NCBI GenBank assembly: GCA_041497895.1
Contig: JBGQHJ010000119.1
Location: 1-15,320 of the forward strand
From: Candidatus Methylomirabilia bacterium
GTDB taxonomy: Bacteria > Methylomirabilota > Methylomirabilia > Rokubacteriales > CSP1-6
DNA: 15,320 bases
Direction of reading: 5' to 3'
The notes below the pieces were generated by a model, which did not search any database, was not told the DNA's origin, and saw nothing but the letters and a program-made list of their open reading frames with translations. The position numbers and the translations under genes are program-made. This document shows, one piece after another, positions 7,543 to 15,320 of this stretch (position 1 is its first letter; each line of letters opens with the position of its first letter).

Positions 7543-8864
7543 GCTGCCTCGGGCGCGCGCTCGGACGGTCGGTCACGAGAGTCGCGGCCGCGCTTGCCCT
7601 CATCCTGATCACGCTGCCCGTCCAGGCCGCGGGCCCCCTCGCTCACCGGGAGGTCCTGCCCGACGGCGCGGTGCTGCTCGTGGCGGAGCGGCCGGCGATC
7701 CCGATCGTGGTGGTGCGGGTATCGGTGCCGGGCGGCGCGGTGCGGGATCCCGCCGACGGGCTCGGGCTCGCGAACCTCACCGCCGAGCTGCTCACGCGGG
7801 GCACCGCGCGCCGCTCGGGTCCCGAGCTCGACCGCGCCATCGAGTTCGTGGGAGGCAGCCTGGAAGCCGACGCCGGGCGCGACGGCGCCACCGTCTCGCT
7901 CTCGGTGCTCAAGAAGGACCTGCCGCTGGGGCTCGACCTGCTCGCCGAGGTGCTGCTCCAGCCCACGTTCCCGCCCGACGAGCTCGGGCGCAAGGTCGCC
8001 GACATCCAGGCGGCCCTGCGCCGGTCGGAGCAGAGCCCGGAGACGGTGGCCGGGCGGACGCTCGGGCCCCTCGTGTTCCCGGGCCATCCCTACGGCCAGC
8101 CCGCCGCCGGAACCGTCGAGTCGGTCGGCAAGCTGACCCGCGAGCAGGTGGTGGCCTTCCATCGGCGCCACTACCGGCCGGACGGGGCCAACATCGTGGT
8201 GGTGGGTGACGTGACGGTGGCGGAGATCCGGCCGGCGCTGGTGCAGCGCCTCTCGGGCTGGACCGCGCCGGCCACCGCGCTGCCGCCGATCCCGCGCCCG
8301 ACCGCGACGGTTGCCGCGAGCAGCCGTCGCATCAGCCGCGACCTGAGCCAGACCACGGTGCTGCTCGGCCGGCCGTCGATCGGCCAGGACGACCCCGACT
8401 ACTTCCCGCTCGCGGTCGCGACCTACGTGCTGGGCGGCGGCTCGGCGTCCCGGCTCTACACGCGGGTGCGCGAGGAGAAGGGCCTCGCCTACTCGGTCTT
8501 CGCGGCCGCGCAGCCGGGCCGGTACGGCGCCTCGTACCTGGTCTCGCTGCAGACCCGCACCGACGGGGTCACCGAGGCGGTGCGGCTGGTGCGGGAGGAG
8601 ATGGCCCGCATGGGACGGGAGCCGGTGTCCGCCGCGGAGCTCGACCTGGCCAAGTCGTACCTGATCGGCAGCTTCCCGCTGAGGCTCGATACGTCCGGCA
8701 AGCTGGCCCGCTTCCTCGAGGGCGTGGAGGAGCTCGGCCTCGGGCTCGACTACCCGGAGCGCTACAAGGAGCGCATCGCCCGCGTCACCGCCGCGGAGGC
8801 GCAGCGCGTGGCCGCGAAGTACCTCGATCCGGCCACCTTCAGCTCGGTGATGGTCGGGAAGTAG
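7539..8864 (+). CDS. Exported M16B peptidase non-catalytic partner subunit
   Basis: ATGA overlap with the upstream gene; signal peptide ending PVQA-A. HxxEH is replaced by NLTAE. Retains the R/Y motif SRLYTRVREEKGLAYSV, plus HPYG and HYRP. Confidence 0.9.
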   Translation: MSCLGRALGRSVTRVAAALALILITLPVQAAGPLAHREVLPDGAVLLVAERPAIPIVVVRVSVPGGAVRDPADGLGLANLTAELLTRGTARRSGPELDRAIEFVGGSLEADAGRDGATVSLSVLKKDLPLGLDLLAEVLLQPTFPPDELGRKVADIQAALRRSEQSPETVAGRTLGPLVFPGHPYGQPAAGTVESVGKLTREQVVAFHRRHYRPDGANIVVVGDVTVAEIRPALVQRLSGWTAPATALPPIPRPTATVAASSRRISRDLSQTTVLLGRPSIGQDDPDYFPLAVATYVLGGGSASRLYTRVREEKGLAYSVFAAAQPGRYGASYLVSLQTRTDGVTEAVRLVREEMARMGREPVSAAELDLAKSYLIGSFPLRLDTSGKLARFLEGVEELGLGLDYPERYKERIARVTAAEAQRVAAKYLDPATFSSVMVGK

Positions 8865-8886
8865 CGCGCGGCCGGGCCGCGGGATC

Positions 8887-9444
8887 TCACCACCACCAGC
8901 CGTACGGCGACATGCGGCCCGGCGGCCCGAAGTAGTAGGGATCGTAGTAGGGGCCGTACGGCCAGCCGAGCCAGGGGTAGTACGGCCCGTACTGCGCCAC
9001 CTCCTGCGCCCAGAGGCGGATGCGCTCGATCGCGATCACCGGGTAGCGATACGGCAGCTCCCCCACCTTGCGCTCCTCCTCGCCGCTCACCGTGCCGATG
9101 ACGCTGATCCGGCGCCCCGGCGCGTAGACCGCGGGGTCGAGGAAGTCGGGCGAGCGGAGCAGGAGGCGGCCGGGAGAGCGATCGCTCCGCTCCGGGGAAT
9201 CGTCGTCTCGGAGCCGGCGGGCCAGCAGCTCGATCTCGGTCTGGCCGGGCTTGGGCTGCGTCGACAGGATCTCCCCGCCCACGATCACGCGGGCGCCCTT
9301 GTAGGCGGCCGGGTCGCGGCGCAGATCCCCGGCCGTGACCGCGGTATCGACGGTGCGCATCACCTCGCGGGGGAACGCGGAGGCGCAGCCGCCCAGGACC
9401 ACCGCGAGGGCGAGCCCGAGCATGCGCATCCCGAGCCGGCACAT
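8887..9444 (-). CDS. Slp family outer-membrane lipoprotein
   Basis: Lipobox LGGC. Motifs GARVIVGGEI, TEIELLARRL, GRLL, FLDPAVYAPGRRISVIG and PYRYPVI, with a Tyr/Pro/Trp-rich tail. ATG at 9444 lies 6 nt after a -10 box; slightly downstream ATGs are possible. Confidence 0.88.
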   Translation of the reverse strand: MCRLGMRMLGLALAVVLGGCASAFPREVMRTVDTAVTAGDLRRDPAAYKGARVIVGGEILSTQPKPGQTEIELLARRLRDDDSPERSDRSPGRLLLRSPDFLDPAVYAPGRRISVIGTVSGEEERKVGELPYRYPVIAIERIRLWAQEVAQYGPYYPWLGWPYGPYYDPYYFGPPGRMSPYGWWW

Positions 9445-9450
9445 GGGCTC

Positions 9451-9479
9451 ACGATACCCTCGCGTCCGGAGCCTCGCAA
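9451..9479 (-). promoter_or_regulatory. Sigma70-type promoter for a putative leaderless slp mRNA
   Basis: Minus strand: TTGCGA (9479-9474), 17 nt, TATCGT (9456-9451), 6 nt, ATG. Confidence 0.55.
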
Positions 9480-9485
9480 CCGCTG

Positions 9486-9494
9486 TGCTACAAT
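9486..9494 (+). promoter_or_regulatory. Extended -10 (TGC-TACAAT) for the 9504 operon
   Basis: TGTGC TACAAT followed by 9 nt and then ATG at 9504; no SD sequence. Confidence 0.6.
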
Positions 9495-9503
9495 GCGCAG
9501 CAC

Positions 9504-10094
9504 ATGAGGCGGGCTCGCTCATGCCGGTGGTGGTGCGCGACGCTGGCCGCCGCCCTGTCGCTCACGTGGGTTCCTCCTCTCGACGCTCTGCTGTTCACCC
9601 TCACGCCCCGGGATCGCGACGAGGCCGTGCGGGTGGGACGGCGCAGCGTGACCGACGAGAACTGGGGCGGGGAGTGGCGGGTCGACGCGGGCGCGGGCCA
9701 GCTCGTCACCGTGATGACCGCGTTCCACCGCCTGGCCCTGGCCGCCCGCAACTCGGCGTTCCAGGATCGGGAGCTCAAGCCGCGCGACGTGGAGTCCGCG
9801 CTGAAGGACCAGGAGGGCAAGCTGGTGTTCTGGGCGACGCTGCGGGGCGGGCGCGTGGATTTCGCGCGCCACTACGCGCCGACCCTGCTCGCCCGCCAGC
9901 AGGAGATCAAGGCCTCCTTCGCGCAGAACGAGCGCACCGCCCTGCGGGGCGACGACGGTCAGTACACCGCGCGCTGCCTCTACGTGTTCCCGGCCGCGGG
10001 GATCGATCCCCGGGCCACCGTCACGCTGGTGGTGCGGGACGTGGAGGATCAGGCGGTCGCCAGGTTCACCGTCGACCTCGCGCGGATGCGCTGA
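9504..10094 (+). CDS. Hypothetical exported protein
   Basis: Codon usage matches the flanking genes. Basic N-terminus, hydrophobic stretch and LDA cleavage-like site. Stop overlaps the next ATG (TGATG). No family recognised. Confidence 0.75.
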   Translation: MRRARSCRWWCATLAAALSLTWVPPLDALLFTLTPRDRDEAVRVGRRSVTDENWGGEWRVDAGAGQLVTVMTAFHRLALAARNSAFQDRELKPRDVESALKDQEGKLVFWATLRGGRVDFARHYAPTLLARQQEIKASFAQNERTALRGDDGQYTARCLYVFPAAGIDPRATVTLVVRDVEDQAVARFTVDLARMR

Positions 10095-10516
10095 TGGTGA
10101 CCGCGGAGCGATTCGCCCAGGGCCTGACGATTCCGGAGTACGTGGCGCAGATGCACACCAACCAGGACGCGTTCGCCCGGCTCCTCGCCGAGGCCCCGGT
10201 CCGTCCCGAGGACCGCGAGGCGATGCGCGCCCTCGGGCGCAAGGTCAAGGTCCTGGTGATCACCGAGGACTGGTGCCCGGACTCGCTCCGCACCATCCCG
10301 GTGGTGGCCCGGCTCGTGGACGGGTTGCCCGAGGTGGAGATGCGCGTGTTCCTGCGGGACGACAACCCCGACGTGATGGACCAGTACCTCAAGCGCGGCC
10401 AGTTCCGCGCGATCCCGGTGCTCGCGGTCTTCGACGAGGAGATGAACGAGGTCGGTCGGATGATCGAGGTGAAGATGAACGTGGTCGGCCAGCTCCGCAC
10501 CCTGCTCAAGGTCTGA
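10094..10516 (+). CDS. Thioredoxin-fold protein (Thioredoxin_9-like) with WCPDS (CxxS) site
   Basis: VLVITEDWCPDS…IPVVARL…RVFLRDDNPDVMDQYL…RAIPVLAVFD, including the cis-Pro 'IP'. 140 aa, located in the 3' part of track ORF 9335..10516. Confidence 0.85.
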   Translation: MVTAERFAQGLTIPEYVAQMHTNQDAFARLLAEAPVRPEDREAMRALGRKVKVLVITEDWCPDSLRTIPVVARLVDGLPEVEMRVFLRDDNPDVMDQYLKRGQFRAIPVLAVFDEEMNEVGRMIEVKMNVVGQLRTLLKV

Positions 10517-10528
10517 GGAGGACCCAAC

Positions 10529-11497
10529 ATGAAGGCGATTCGCGTCCACGCTCCGGGCGGTCCCGAGAGCATGAAGCTGGAGGACATCGCGGCCCCGGCG
10601 CCCACCGCCGGCCAGGCCCAGGTCAAGCTCGAGGCCTGCGGCGTCAACTACATCGACGTGTACTTCCGCACCGGAGCCTACAAGGCGCCGCTGCCGCTCA
10701 CGCCCGGCATGGAAGGCGCCGGCACCGTGACCGCGGTGGGCCCGGGCGTGTCCGACGTGAAAATCGGCGACCGGGTGGCGTGGACCGGGGTGATCGGCTC
10801 CTACGCACAGAGCATCGCGGTCCCGACCGATCGGCTGGTGGCGCTGCCCGCGCAGCTCTCCTTCAAGGACGGGGCGGCCGCCATGCTGCAGGGCCTCACC
10901 GCCCACTACCTGGTCACCTCGACGTGGCCGCTCAAGAAGGGCGAGACCGCGCTGGTTCAGGCCGCCGCGGGCGGCATGGGCCTGCTGCTCTGCCAGATGG
11001 CCAAGATGCGCGGCGCCTCCGTGATCGGCACCGTCTCCACCGAGGAGAAGGCCGCGCTCGCGAAGGCGGCGGGCGCCGACCACGTGATCCTCTACACCAA
11101 GCAGGACTTCGAGCCCGAGGTCAAGCGCATCACCGGCGGGCGCGGCGTGGACGTGGTCTACGACGGCGTGGGCGCGAGCACGTTCGACAAGGGCCTCAAC
11201 TGCCTCCGGCCGCGCGGGCTCATGGCGCTGTTCGGGGCGGCGAGCGGCCCGGTGGGCCCGCTCGACCTCCAGCGGCTGAACGCGGGCGGCTCCCTCTTCG
11301 TGACGCGGCCGAGCCTGAACCACCACATCGCCACCCGCGCCGAGCTGGTGGAGCGCTCCACCGAGCTGCTCGGCTGGATCCGCGACGGCAAGGTCAAGCT
11401 CCGGGTGGAGCATCAGTTCCCGCTCGAGCAGGCCGCCGAGGCGCACCGGCAGCTCGAGGGCCGCAAGACCACGGGCAAGATCCTCCTCATTCCATGA
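10529..11497 (+). CDS. qor: NADPH:quinone oxidoreductase (zeta-crystallin/MDR family)
   Basis: Motifs MKAIRVHAPGGPE, GVNYIDVYFRTG, PGMEGAG, QAAAGGMG, GVDVVYDGVG, GSLFVTRPSL and KTTGKILL. SD GAGGAGG at 10515-10521. Confidence 0.95.
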   Translation: MKAIRVHAPGGPESMKLEDIAAPAPTAGQAQVKLEACGVNYIDVYFRTGAYKAPLPLTPGMEGAGTVTAVGPGVSDVKIGDRVAWTGVIGSYAQSIAVPTDRLVALPAQLSFKDGAAAMLQGLTAHYLVTSTWPLKKGETALVQAAAGGMGLLLCQMAKMRGASVIGTVSTEEKAALAKAAGADHVILYTKQDFEPEVKRITGGRGVDVVYDGVGASTFDKGLNCLRPRGLMALFGAASGPVGPLDLQRLNAGGSLFVTRPSLNHHIATRAELVERSTELLGWIRDGKVKLRVEHQFPLEQAAEAHRQLEGRKTTGKILLIP

Positions 11498-11508
11498 CCC
11501 CCGGGTCG

Positions 11509-11556
11509 CGCTCGGGGCGCGCGGCTCGCCCTCGCGGGGGCCGCGCGTCCCGGGCG
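11509..11556 (+). other. Strong intergenic RNA stem-loop (19-bp stem, 10-nt loop) between qor and asmA
   Basis: 11509-11527 pairs with 11538-11556: 16 Watson-Crick pairs and 3 G-U pairs. No U-tract follows. Confidence 0.6.
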
Positions 11557-11580
11557 GGCTGACCGCACGACGCGTCCGCC

Positions 11581-13188
11581 ATGATCAAGTGGCTGCTCAT
11601 CGGCCTGATCGCCCTCGGAGTGCTGGTGGTGGGGGCGCTGCTCGCGGTGCCCCTGCTGCTCGATAGCCCGGCCATGCAGGCCTACGTCCAGCAGACGGCC
11701 AGCCACGCGCTGGGCCGCCCGGTGAAGTTCGGCGGGCTCTCGATCTCCGCGCTGCCGCTGCCGAGCGTGCGCCTGCGCCAGCTGCAGGTGGCCGAGGACC
11801 CCGCGTTCGGACCCGGCCCCTTCGTGACCGTCGCCGAGGGGCGGCTGCGCATCCGGCTCCGGCCGCTTTTGCAGGGCCGGGTGGAGCTGGCCGATCTCAC
11901 CCTCGACGAGCTTCGCATCCACGTGGTGGAGGACGCGGCCGGCCACCTCAACGTGGCCACGCTCGGACCGTCGGGCCCGCCCGCCACCAACGGACCGCCT
12001 CGCATGGGCGGCGGACGGTCCGGCGCCACCGGGGCCGGGGCGGTGCTGCTCTCGCGGGTGCGCATCACCAACGGGACCGTGGAGTACGAGAAGGTCGAGG
12101 GCGAGGGCAAGAAAGCCGCGCCGCTCACCCTCGAGGGCATCAACGTCACGCTGACCCAGGCCGGGCTGGGCGAGCCCCTGCGGGTGACGGGCGAGGCGAA
12201 GGGGCCCGGAGGGCTCAAGCTCACGATCGCGGAGGGGAGCGCGAGCCTCGCGCCCGGCCGTCCGGTCACCGAGGCGCAGGTGAAGGCCACGGTGGATGTG
12301 GAAGGCCGCGACGTGCAGCCCGTGGTGGGCGCCCTCGTCCCGGCGCCCGCGGTCTCCGGACCGATCAAGGGCCGGGTCCAGGTCTCCGGGACGGCGGCCC
12401 GGCTGACCGCCACCGGCGCGGTGGCCTTCGAGCGGCTCACGCTGACGCAGCACCAGCCGCACTGCGCGGATCCCAAGCCGCGCTCGCTGACCCTCGACGA
12501 TGTGCGCGTGCCGCTGGTCTTCGCGCCCCCGCAGCTGGAGAGCCAGACGGTGCAGGGCAAGGTGGCGAAAGGGACCGTGGCCTTCCGGCTGCTGGTCGCG
12601 CTGGGGCCGCCCCGCGTCGCCACCCTGCGGGACATCCAGGTCAAGGGCGTACAGCTCGAGCCGATCCTCGTGAACTACCTGTGCCAGCGCAACGCGGTCA
12701 CCGGCCCGCTCGAGCTGACCGGCGAGGCGAGCGTGCGGCTGCCGGAGGCACTGCCGTCCATGAGCGGGTCGGGCCGCCTCGCGATCGGCGCCGGCCGCGT
12801 GGTGGGTCCGGATCTGCTGAACGCGGTGAGCCAGGCCCTCGCCCTCACCGACCTGGTGTCGGCCACCCTCGCGCCGGGCGGGCGCGGGCGGCCGGCGAGC
12901 GGGTCGCCGCTCAACTTCGACTCGATCACCGCCAGCTACACCATCGCCGCCGGGGTGGCGCGCACCGACGATCTGGTCTACGTCGCGCGCGACGTCCGGG
13001 TGACCGGCGCCGGCACCTACGGCCTCGTGGACGGCCGGACCGCGATGGACGTCACGGTGACTCAGGGCACGAACCGGGTGAAGGCGCGGGTGGCGGGCGG
13101 CCCGGGCGCGCTCTCCATCGTGCCCACCGACGTGCGGCTCAAGGAGCCGAAGGACCTCAGGAAGGCGCTCGACCGACTGCTGCGCTGA
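11581..13188 (+). CDS. AsmA-family envelope protein
   Basis: N-terminal TM anchor followed by ALGRPVKFGGLSISALPLPSVRL…IRLRPLLQGRVEL, typical of the AsmA N-terminus. Beta-rich body and a C-terminal FDSITASYTIAAGVARTDDL…VTGAGTYGL segment typical of AsmA-like C-termini. Confidence 0.82.
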   Translation: MIKWLLIGLIALGVLVVGALLAVPLLLDSPAMQAYVQQTASHALGRPVKFGGLSISALPLPSVRLRQLQVAEDPAFGPGPFVTVAEGRLRIRLRPLLQGRVELADLTLDELRIHVVEDAAGHLNVATLGPSGPPATNGPPRMGGGRSGATGAGAVLLSRVRITNGTVEYEKVEGEGKKAAPLTLEGINVTLTQAGLGEPLRVTGEAKGPGGLKLTIAEGSASLAPGRPVTEAQVKATVDVEGRDVQPVVGALVPAPAVSGPIKGRVQVSGTAARLTATGAVAFERLTLTQHQPHCADPKPRSLTLDDVRVPLVFAPPQLESQTVQGKVAKGTVAFRLLVALGPPRVATLRDIQVKGVQLEPILVNYLCQRNAVTGPLELTGEASVRLPEALPSMSGSGRLAIGAGRVVGPDLLNAVSQALALTDLVSATLAPGGRGRPASGSPLNFDSITASYTIAAGVARTDDLVYVARDVRVTGAGTYGLVDGRTAMDVTVTQGTNRVKARVAGGPGALSIVPTDVRLKEPKDLRKALDRLLR

Positions 13189-14005
13189 AGCGCGCGCCGC
13201 CGAGCTTGCCCGCCTCCACGAGCCCCACGAAGAACGCGTAGAGCTGGTTGTACTCCTCGTAGCGCGCCTGCCCGAGCCGCGCCACCGTCCGCTCCCGCAG
13301 GCCCCGGTACATCCGCAGGCGCTCCTGCAGGATGGCGATCCACTCCGGGGACAGGTCCTCGGCGACGATGCCGTCGAAGCCGGTGCGCGCGAGCAGCCCC
13401 CGGTAGCCGTCGATGCCCTGCAGGCTCACCGCGGCCATCCAGTCGAAGAGGCGGCGGCGCTCGTTGTCCTCGAGGCGCGGGCGCGCGATCCAGTCCGTGA
13501 ACGCGAGCCGGGCTTCGGGCCTGAGCACGCGGGCGCACTCGGCGAGCACCGCCGCCTTGTCCGGCACGTGCAGCAGCCCCTCCTGGCTGACCGCCGCGTC
13601 GAAGGCGCGGGCCCGGAACGGCAGCACCTGCGCGTCGCCGCGGACGTGGCGGACCAGGGGGCGGAGCCGCACCAGCGCGGTGAGGCGCGCCCCCGCGGCG
13701 CAGCGCGAGTGGGTGAGGTCGACGCCGGTCACCCGTGCGCCGAAGCGATAGGCGAGGACGCGGGCCGGCCCGCCGAGGCCCGCGCAGACGTCGAGCACCG
13801 CCATCCCGGGACCGATCCCGGCCCGCCGCGCGAGCGCCTCGACCGCCTGCAGGCCGCCGTAGTGATCCTGGTCCCACTGCCACAGGTCCTCCGGGCGGAG
13901 CGGGCCGAGCCCGGCCCCGCGGTCGCGCGCGGCCTCCAGGACCTGCGACTCGTTGATCGGGTGCCGGTCGTAGAAGTCGACGACGTCGGGAGCGGGCTCG
14001 CGCAC
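13157..14005 (-). CDS. Class I SAM-dependent methyltransferase (resembles sarcosine/dimethylglycine N-methyltransferase-like proteins; substrate unknown)
   Basis: Motifs DQDHYGG, VLDVCAGLGG (motif I), VTGVDLT, GDAQVLPF, FDAAVS, LLHVPDK and RVLRP. GTG at 14005 chosen because TACACT lies 7 nt upstream; the track's 14074 start would run through the divergent promoter. Confidence 0.85.
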   Translation of the reverse strand: MREPAPDVVDFYDRHPINESQVLEAARDRGAGLGPLRPEDLWQWDQDHYGGLQAVEALARRAGIGPGMAVLDVCAGLGGPARVLAYRFGARVTGVDLTHSRCAAGARLTALVRLRPLVRHVRGDAQVLPFRARAFDAAVSQEGLLHVPDKAAVLAECARVLRPEARLAFTDWIARPRLEDNERRRLFDWMAAVSLQGIDGYRGLLARTGFDGIVAEDLSPEWIAILQERLRMYRGLRERTVARLGQARYEEYNQLYAFFVGLVEAGKLGGARFSAAVGRAPS

Positions 14006-14012
14006 GAGCGGC

Positions 14013-14041
14013 AGTGTAGGGGAGGGCTGCCTTGAAGTCAC
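14013..14041 (-). promoter_or_regulatory. Promoter for a putative leaderless methyltransferase mRNA
   Basis: Minus strand: GTGACT (14041-14036), 17 nt, TACACT (14018-14013), 7 nt, GTG. Confidence 0.5.
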
Positions 14042-14060
14042 GGGGGGCGTGTGGTAGAAC
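14032..14060 (+). promoter_or_regulatory. Promoter for citrate synthase
   Basis: TTGAAG (14032-14037), 17 nt, TAGAAC (14055-14060) preceded by TGG. SD AAGGAG at 14083-14088. Confidence 0.45.
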
Positions 14061-14100
14061 GGGTCCGTTTCCATCCGCCACCAAGGAGAACCGAACCACC

Positions 14101-15243
14101 ATGACGGACGCCGCGGTCAATCCCCTGAAGGCCGGCCTCGAGGACGTCGTCGTCTCTCCGTCGGAGATCTGTTTCATCGATGGCCACAAGGGCCGGCTCA
14201 TCTACCGGGGCTACGACGTCGACGATCTGGTGGCGCAATCCACGTTCGAGGAGGTCACCTTCCTCCTGTGGCAGGGCCGGCTGCCGTCGCGCAAGGAGCT
14301 GGACGCGCACCTGAAGGCGCTCGCCGCCACCGCGAACCGGAAGCTCCCCCCGAAGCTGATCGCGATGCTCAAGACGCTCCCCAAGAAGACGACCCCGATG
14401 GAGGTGATCCGGACCGGCGTGTCCGCGCTCTCCGCCTTCGATCCGGACGCGGCCGACAACGGCCGGGAGGCGACCCTCCGCAAGTCCCTGCGCCTGACCA
14501 CGCAGCTGCCCACCCTGGTGGCGGCCTGGGAGCGCATCCGGCGCGGCAAGGCCCCGGTGGCCCCGAATCCGCGGCTGAACCTGGCCGGCAACTTCCTGTA
14601 CATGATGAGCGGCGAGAAGCCGACCCCGCTCGCCACCAAGACCTTCGACACCGCCCTGATCCTGCACGCGGACCACGAGTTCAACGCCTCGACGTTCGCG
14701 GCGCGCGTGACCGCCGCGACCCTGTCGGACGTGCACTCGGCGGTCGTCTCGGGCATCGGCGCGCTCAAGGGCCCGCTCCACGGCGGGGCGAACGAGCAGG
14801 TCATGCTGATGGTCGAGAAGATCAAGGATCCGGCCAAGGCCGACGCGTGGATCCACAAGGCGCTCACCGACAAGGCGCGCATCATGGGCTTCGGGCACCG
14901 CGTGTACCGCGTGGAAGACCCGCGGGCCAAGCACCTCAAGCGGCTGGCCCTCGAGCTCGGCCAGCAGGTGGGCGACACCAGCAAGGTGCAGATCCTCGAC
15001 ACGGTGGTGCGGGTGATGGGCGCGGAGAAGCACATCTTCCCGAACGTCGATCTCTACTCGGGCGCGGCCTACGCGGCGATGGGGATCTCCACCGACCAGT
15101 TCACCCCGATCTTCGCGATGAGCCGCATCGCGGGCTGGACCGCGCACGTGCTCGAGCAGCACGGCAACAACCGCCTGATCCGGCCGCGCTCCGATTACAC
15201 GGGCGCGATCGACCTCAAGTACGTCCCGCTCTCCGAGCGGTAG
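14101..15243 (+). CDS. Citrate synthase, short dimeric type (CitZ/2-methylcitrate synthase-like)
   Basis: Motifs GLEDVV, GRLIYRGY, LHADHEFNASTF, GPLHGGANE, IMGFGHRVY, DPRA, PNVDLYS, IFAMSRIAGW and LIRPR. 380 aa; SD AAGGAG upstream. Confidence 0.95.
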   Translation: MTDAAVNPLKAGLEDVVVSPSEICFIDGHKGRLIYRGYDVDDLVAQSTFEEVTFLLWQGRLPSRKELDAHLKALAATANRKLPPKLIAMLKTLPKKTTPMEVIRTGVSALSAFDPDAADNGREATLRKSLRLTTQLPTLVAAWERIRRGKAPVAPNPRLNLAGNFLYMMSGEKPTPLATKTFDTALILHADHEFNASTFAARVTAATLSDVHSAVVSGIGALKGPLHGGANEQVMLMVEKIKDPAKADAWIHKALTDKARIMGFGHRVYRVEDPRAKHLKRLALELGQQVGDTSKVQILDTVVRVMGAEKHIFPNVDLYSGAAYAAMGISTDQFTPIFAMSRIAGWTAHVLEQHGNNRLIRPRSDYTGAIDLKYVPLSER

Positions 15244-15320
15244 CCGGGCCGCGGCCGTCTCCCTGGCGGTGGCCGCCGGCTCCGCGCTCGTGAGCGGGCC
15301 GGCGCGGTAGGCCGATGGCC

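Noticed and set aside
6178..8864. M16 pair with one subunit lacking HxxEH as a novel system
   Set aside because: A catalytic subunit plus an R/Y-bearing partner is the established arrangement for heterodimeric M16B peptidases. No precursor peptide or RiPP genes are adjacent.
8865..8886. Small GC hairpin between the convergent M16 and slp genes as a terminator
   Set aside because: About 6-bp stem with a 3-nt loop and no U-tract; indistinguishable from chance at this GC content.
8887..8995. Repeated GTAGTA…CCGTAC motifs
   Set aside because: They encode the YGPYY/Pro/Trp-rich tail of the Slp lipoprotein; low-complexity coding sequence.
1247..15293. Many long alternative-frame and antisense ORFs in the track (e.g. 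1247..2152, 10049..11446, 10273..11562, 13062..14201, 14038..15162)
   Set aside because: Arg/Pro/Gly/Ala-rich shadow frames overlapping well-supported genes, as expected from stop-codon scarcity at high GC. No recognisable motifs.
15244..15320. GC-rich inverted repeats after citrate synthase and an ATG at 15315
   Set aside because: Stems are short and imperfect with no U-tract, and too little sequence remains to call a terminator or a new gene.

Overview
A very GC-rich, gene-dense bacterial window of mostly housekeeping, envelope and metabolic genes. The taxon cannot be established from sequence alone; a Rokubacteria/Methylomirabilota-like organism is only a guess. Gene order: 3' tail of an ORF plus a probable IS/transposon end (1-132); GH3 NagZ-like lipoprotein (-) and BtpA/SgcQ (-); then, divergently, an internally deleted MFS, a PaaG-like crotonase and a patatin (+); isoaspartyl peptidase/asparaginase (-); family-5 uracil-DNA glycosylase (+); an exported M16 peptidase pair (+); Slp lipoprotein (-); an exported hypothetical, a CxxS thioredoxin-fold protein and quinone oxidoreductase (+); AsmA-family protein (+); SAM methyltransferase (-); citrate synthase (+). 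I see no CRISPR, RNA gene, defence island or clearly new multi-gene system. The most notable signals are non-coding. Six transcription-unit heads have a TAnnnT -10 box only 6-9 nt before the start codon and no Shine-Dalgarno, suggesting pervasive leaderless mRNAs. One 25-bp divergent spacer holds a palindrome that reads as an extended -10 on both strands. Other points of interest are the in-frame-deleted 151-aa MFS, a REP-like palindrome overlapping the GH3 start, and a 19-bp RNA-type hairpin before asmA. Most other ORFs in the supplied track are GC-rich shadow frames.
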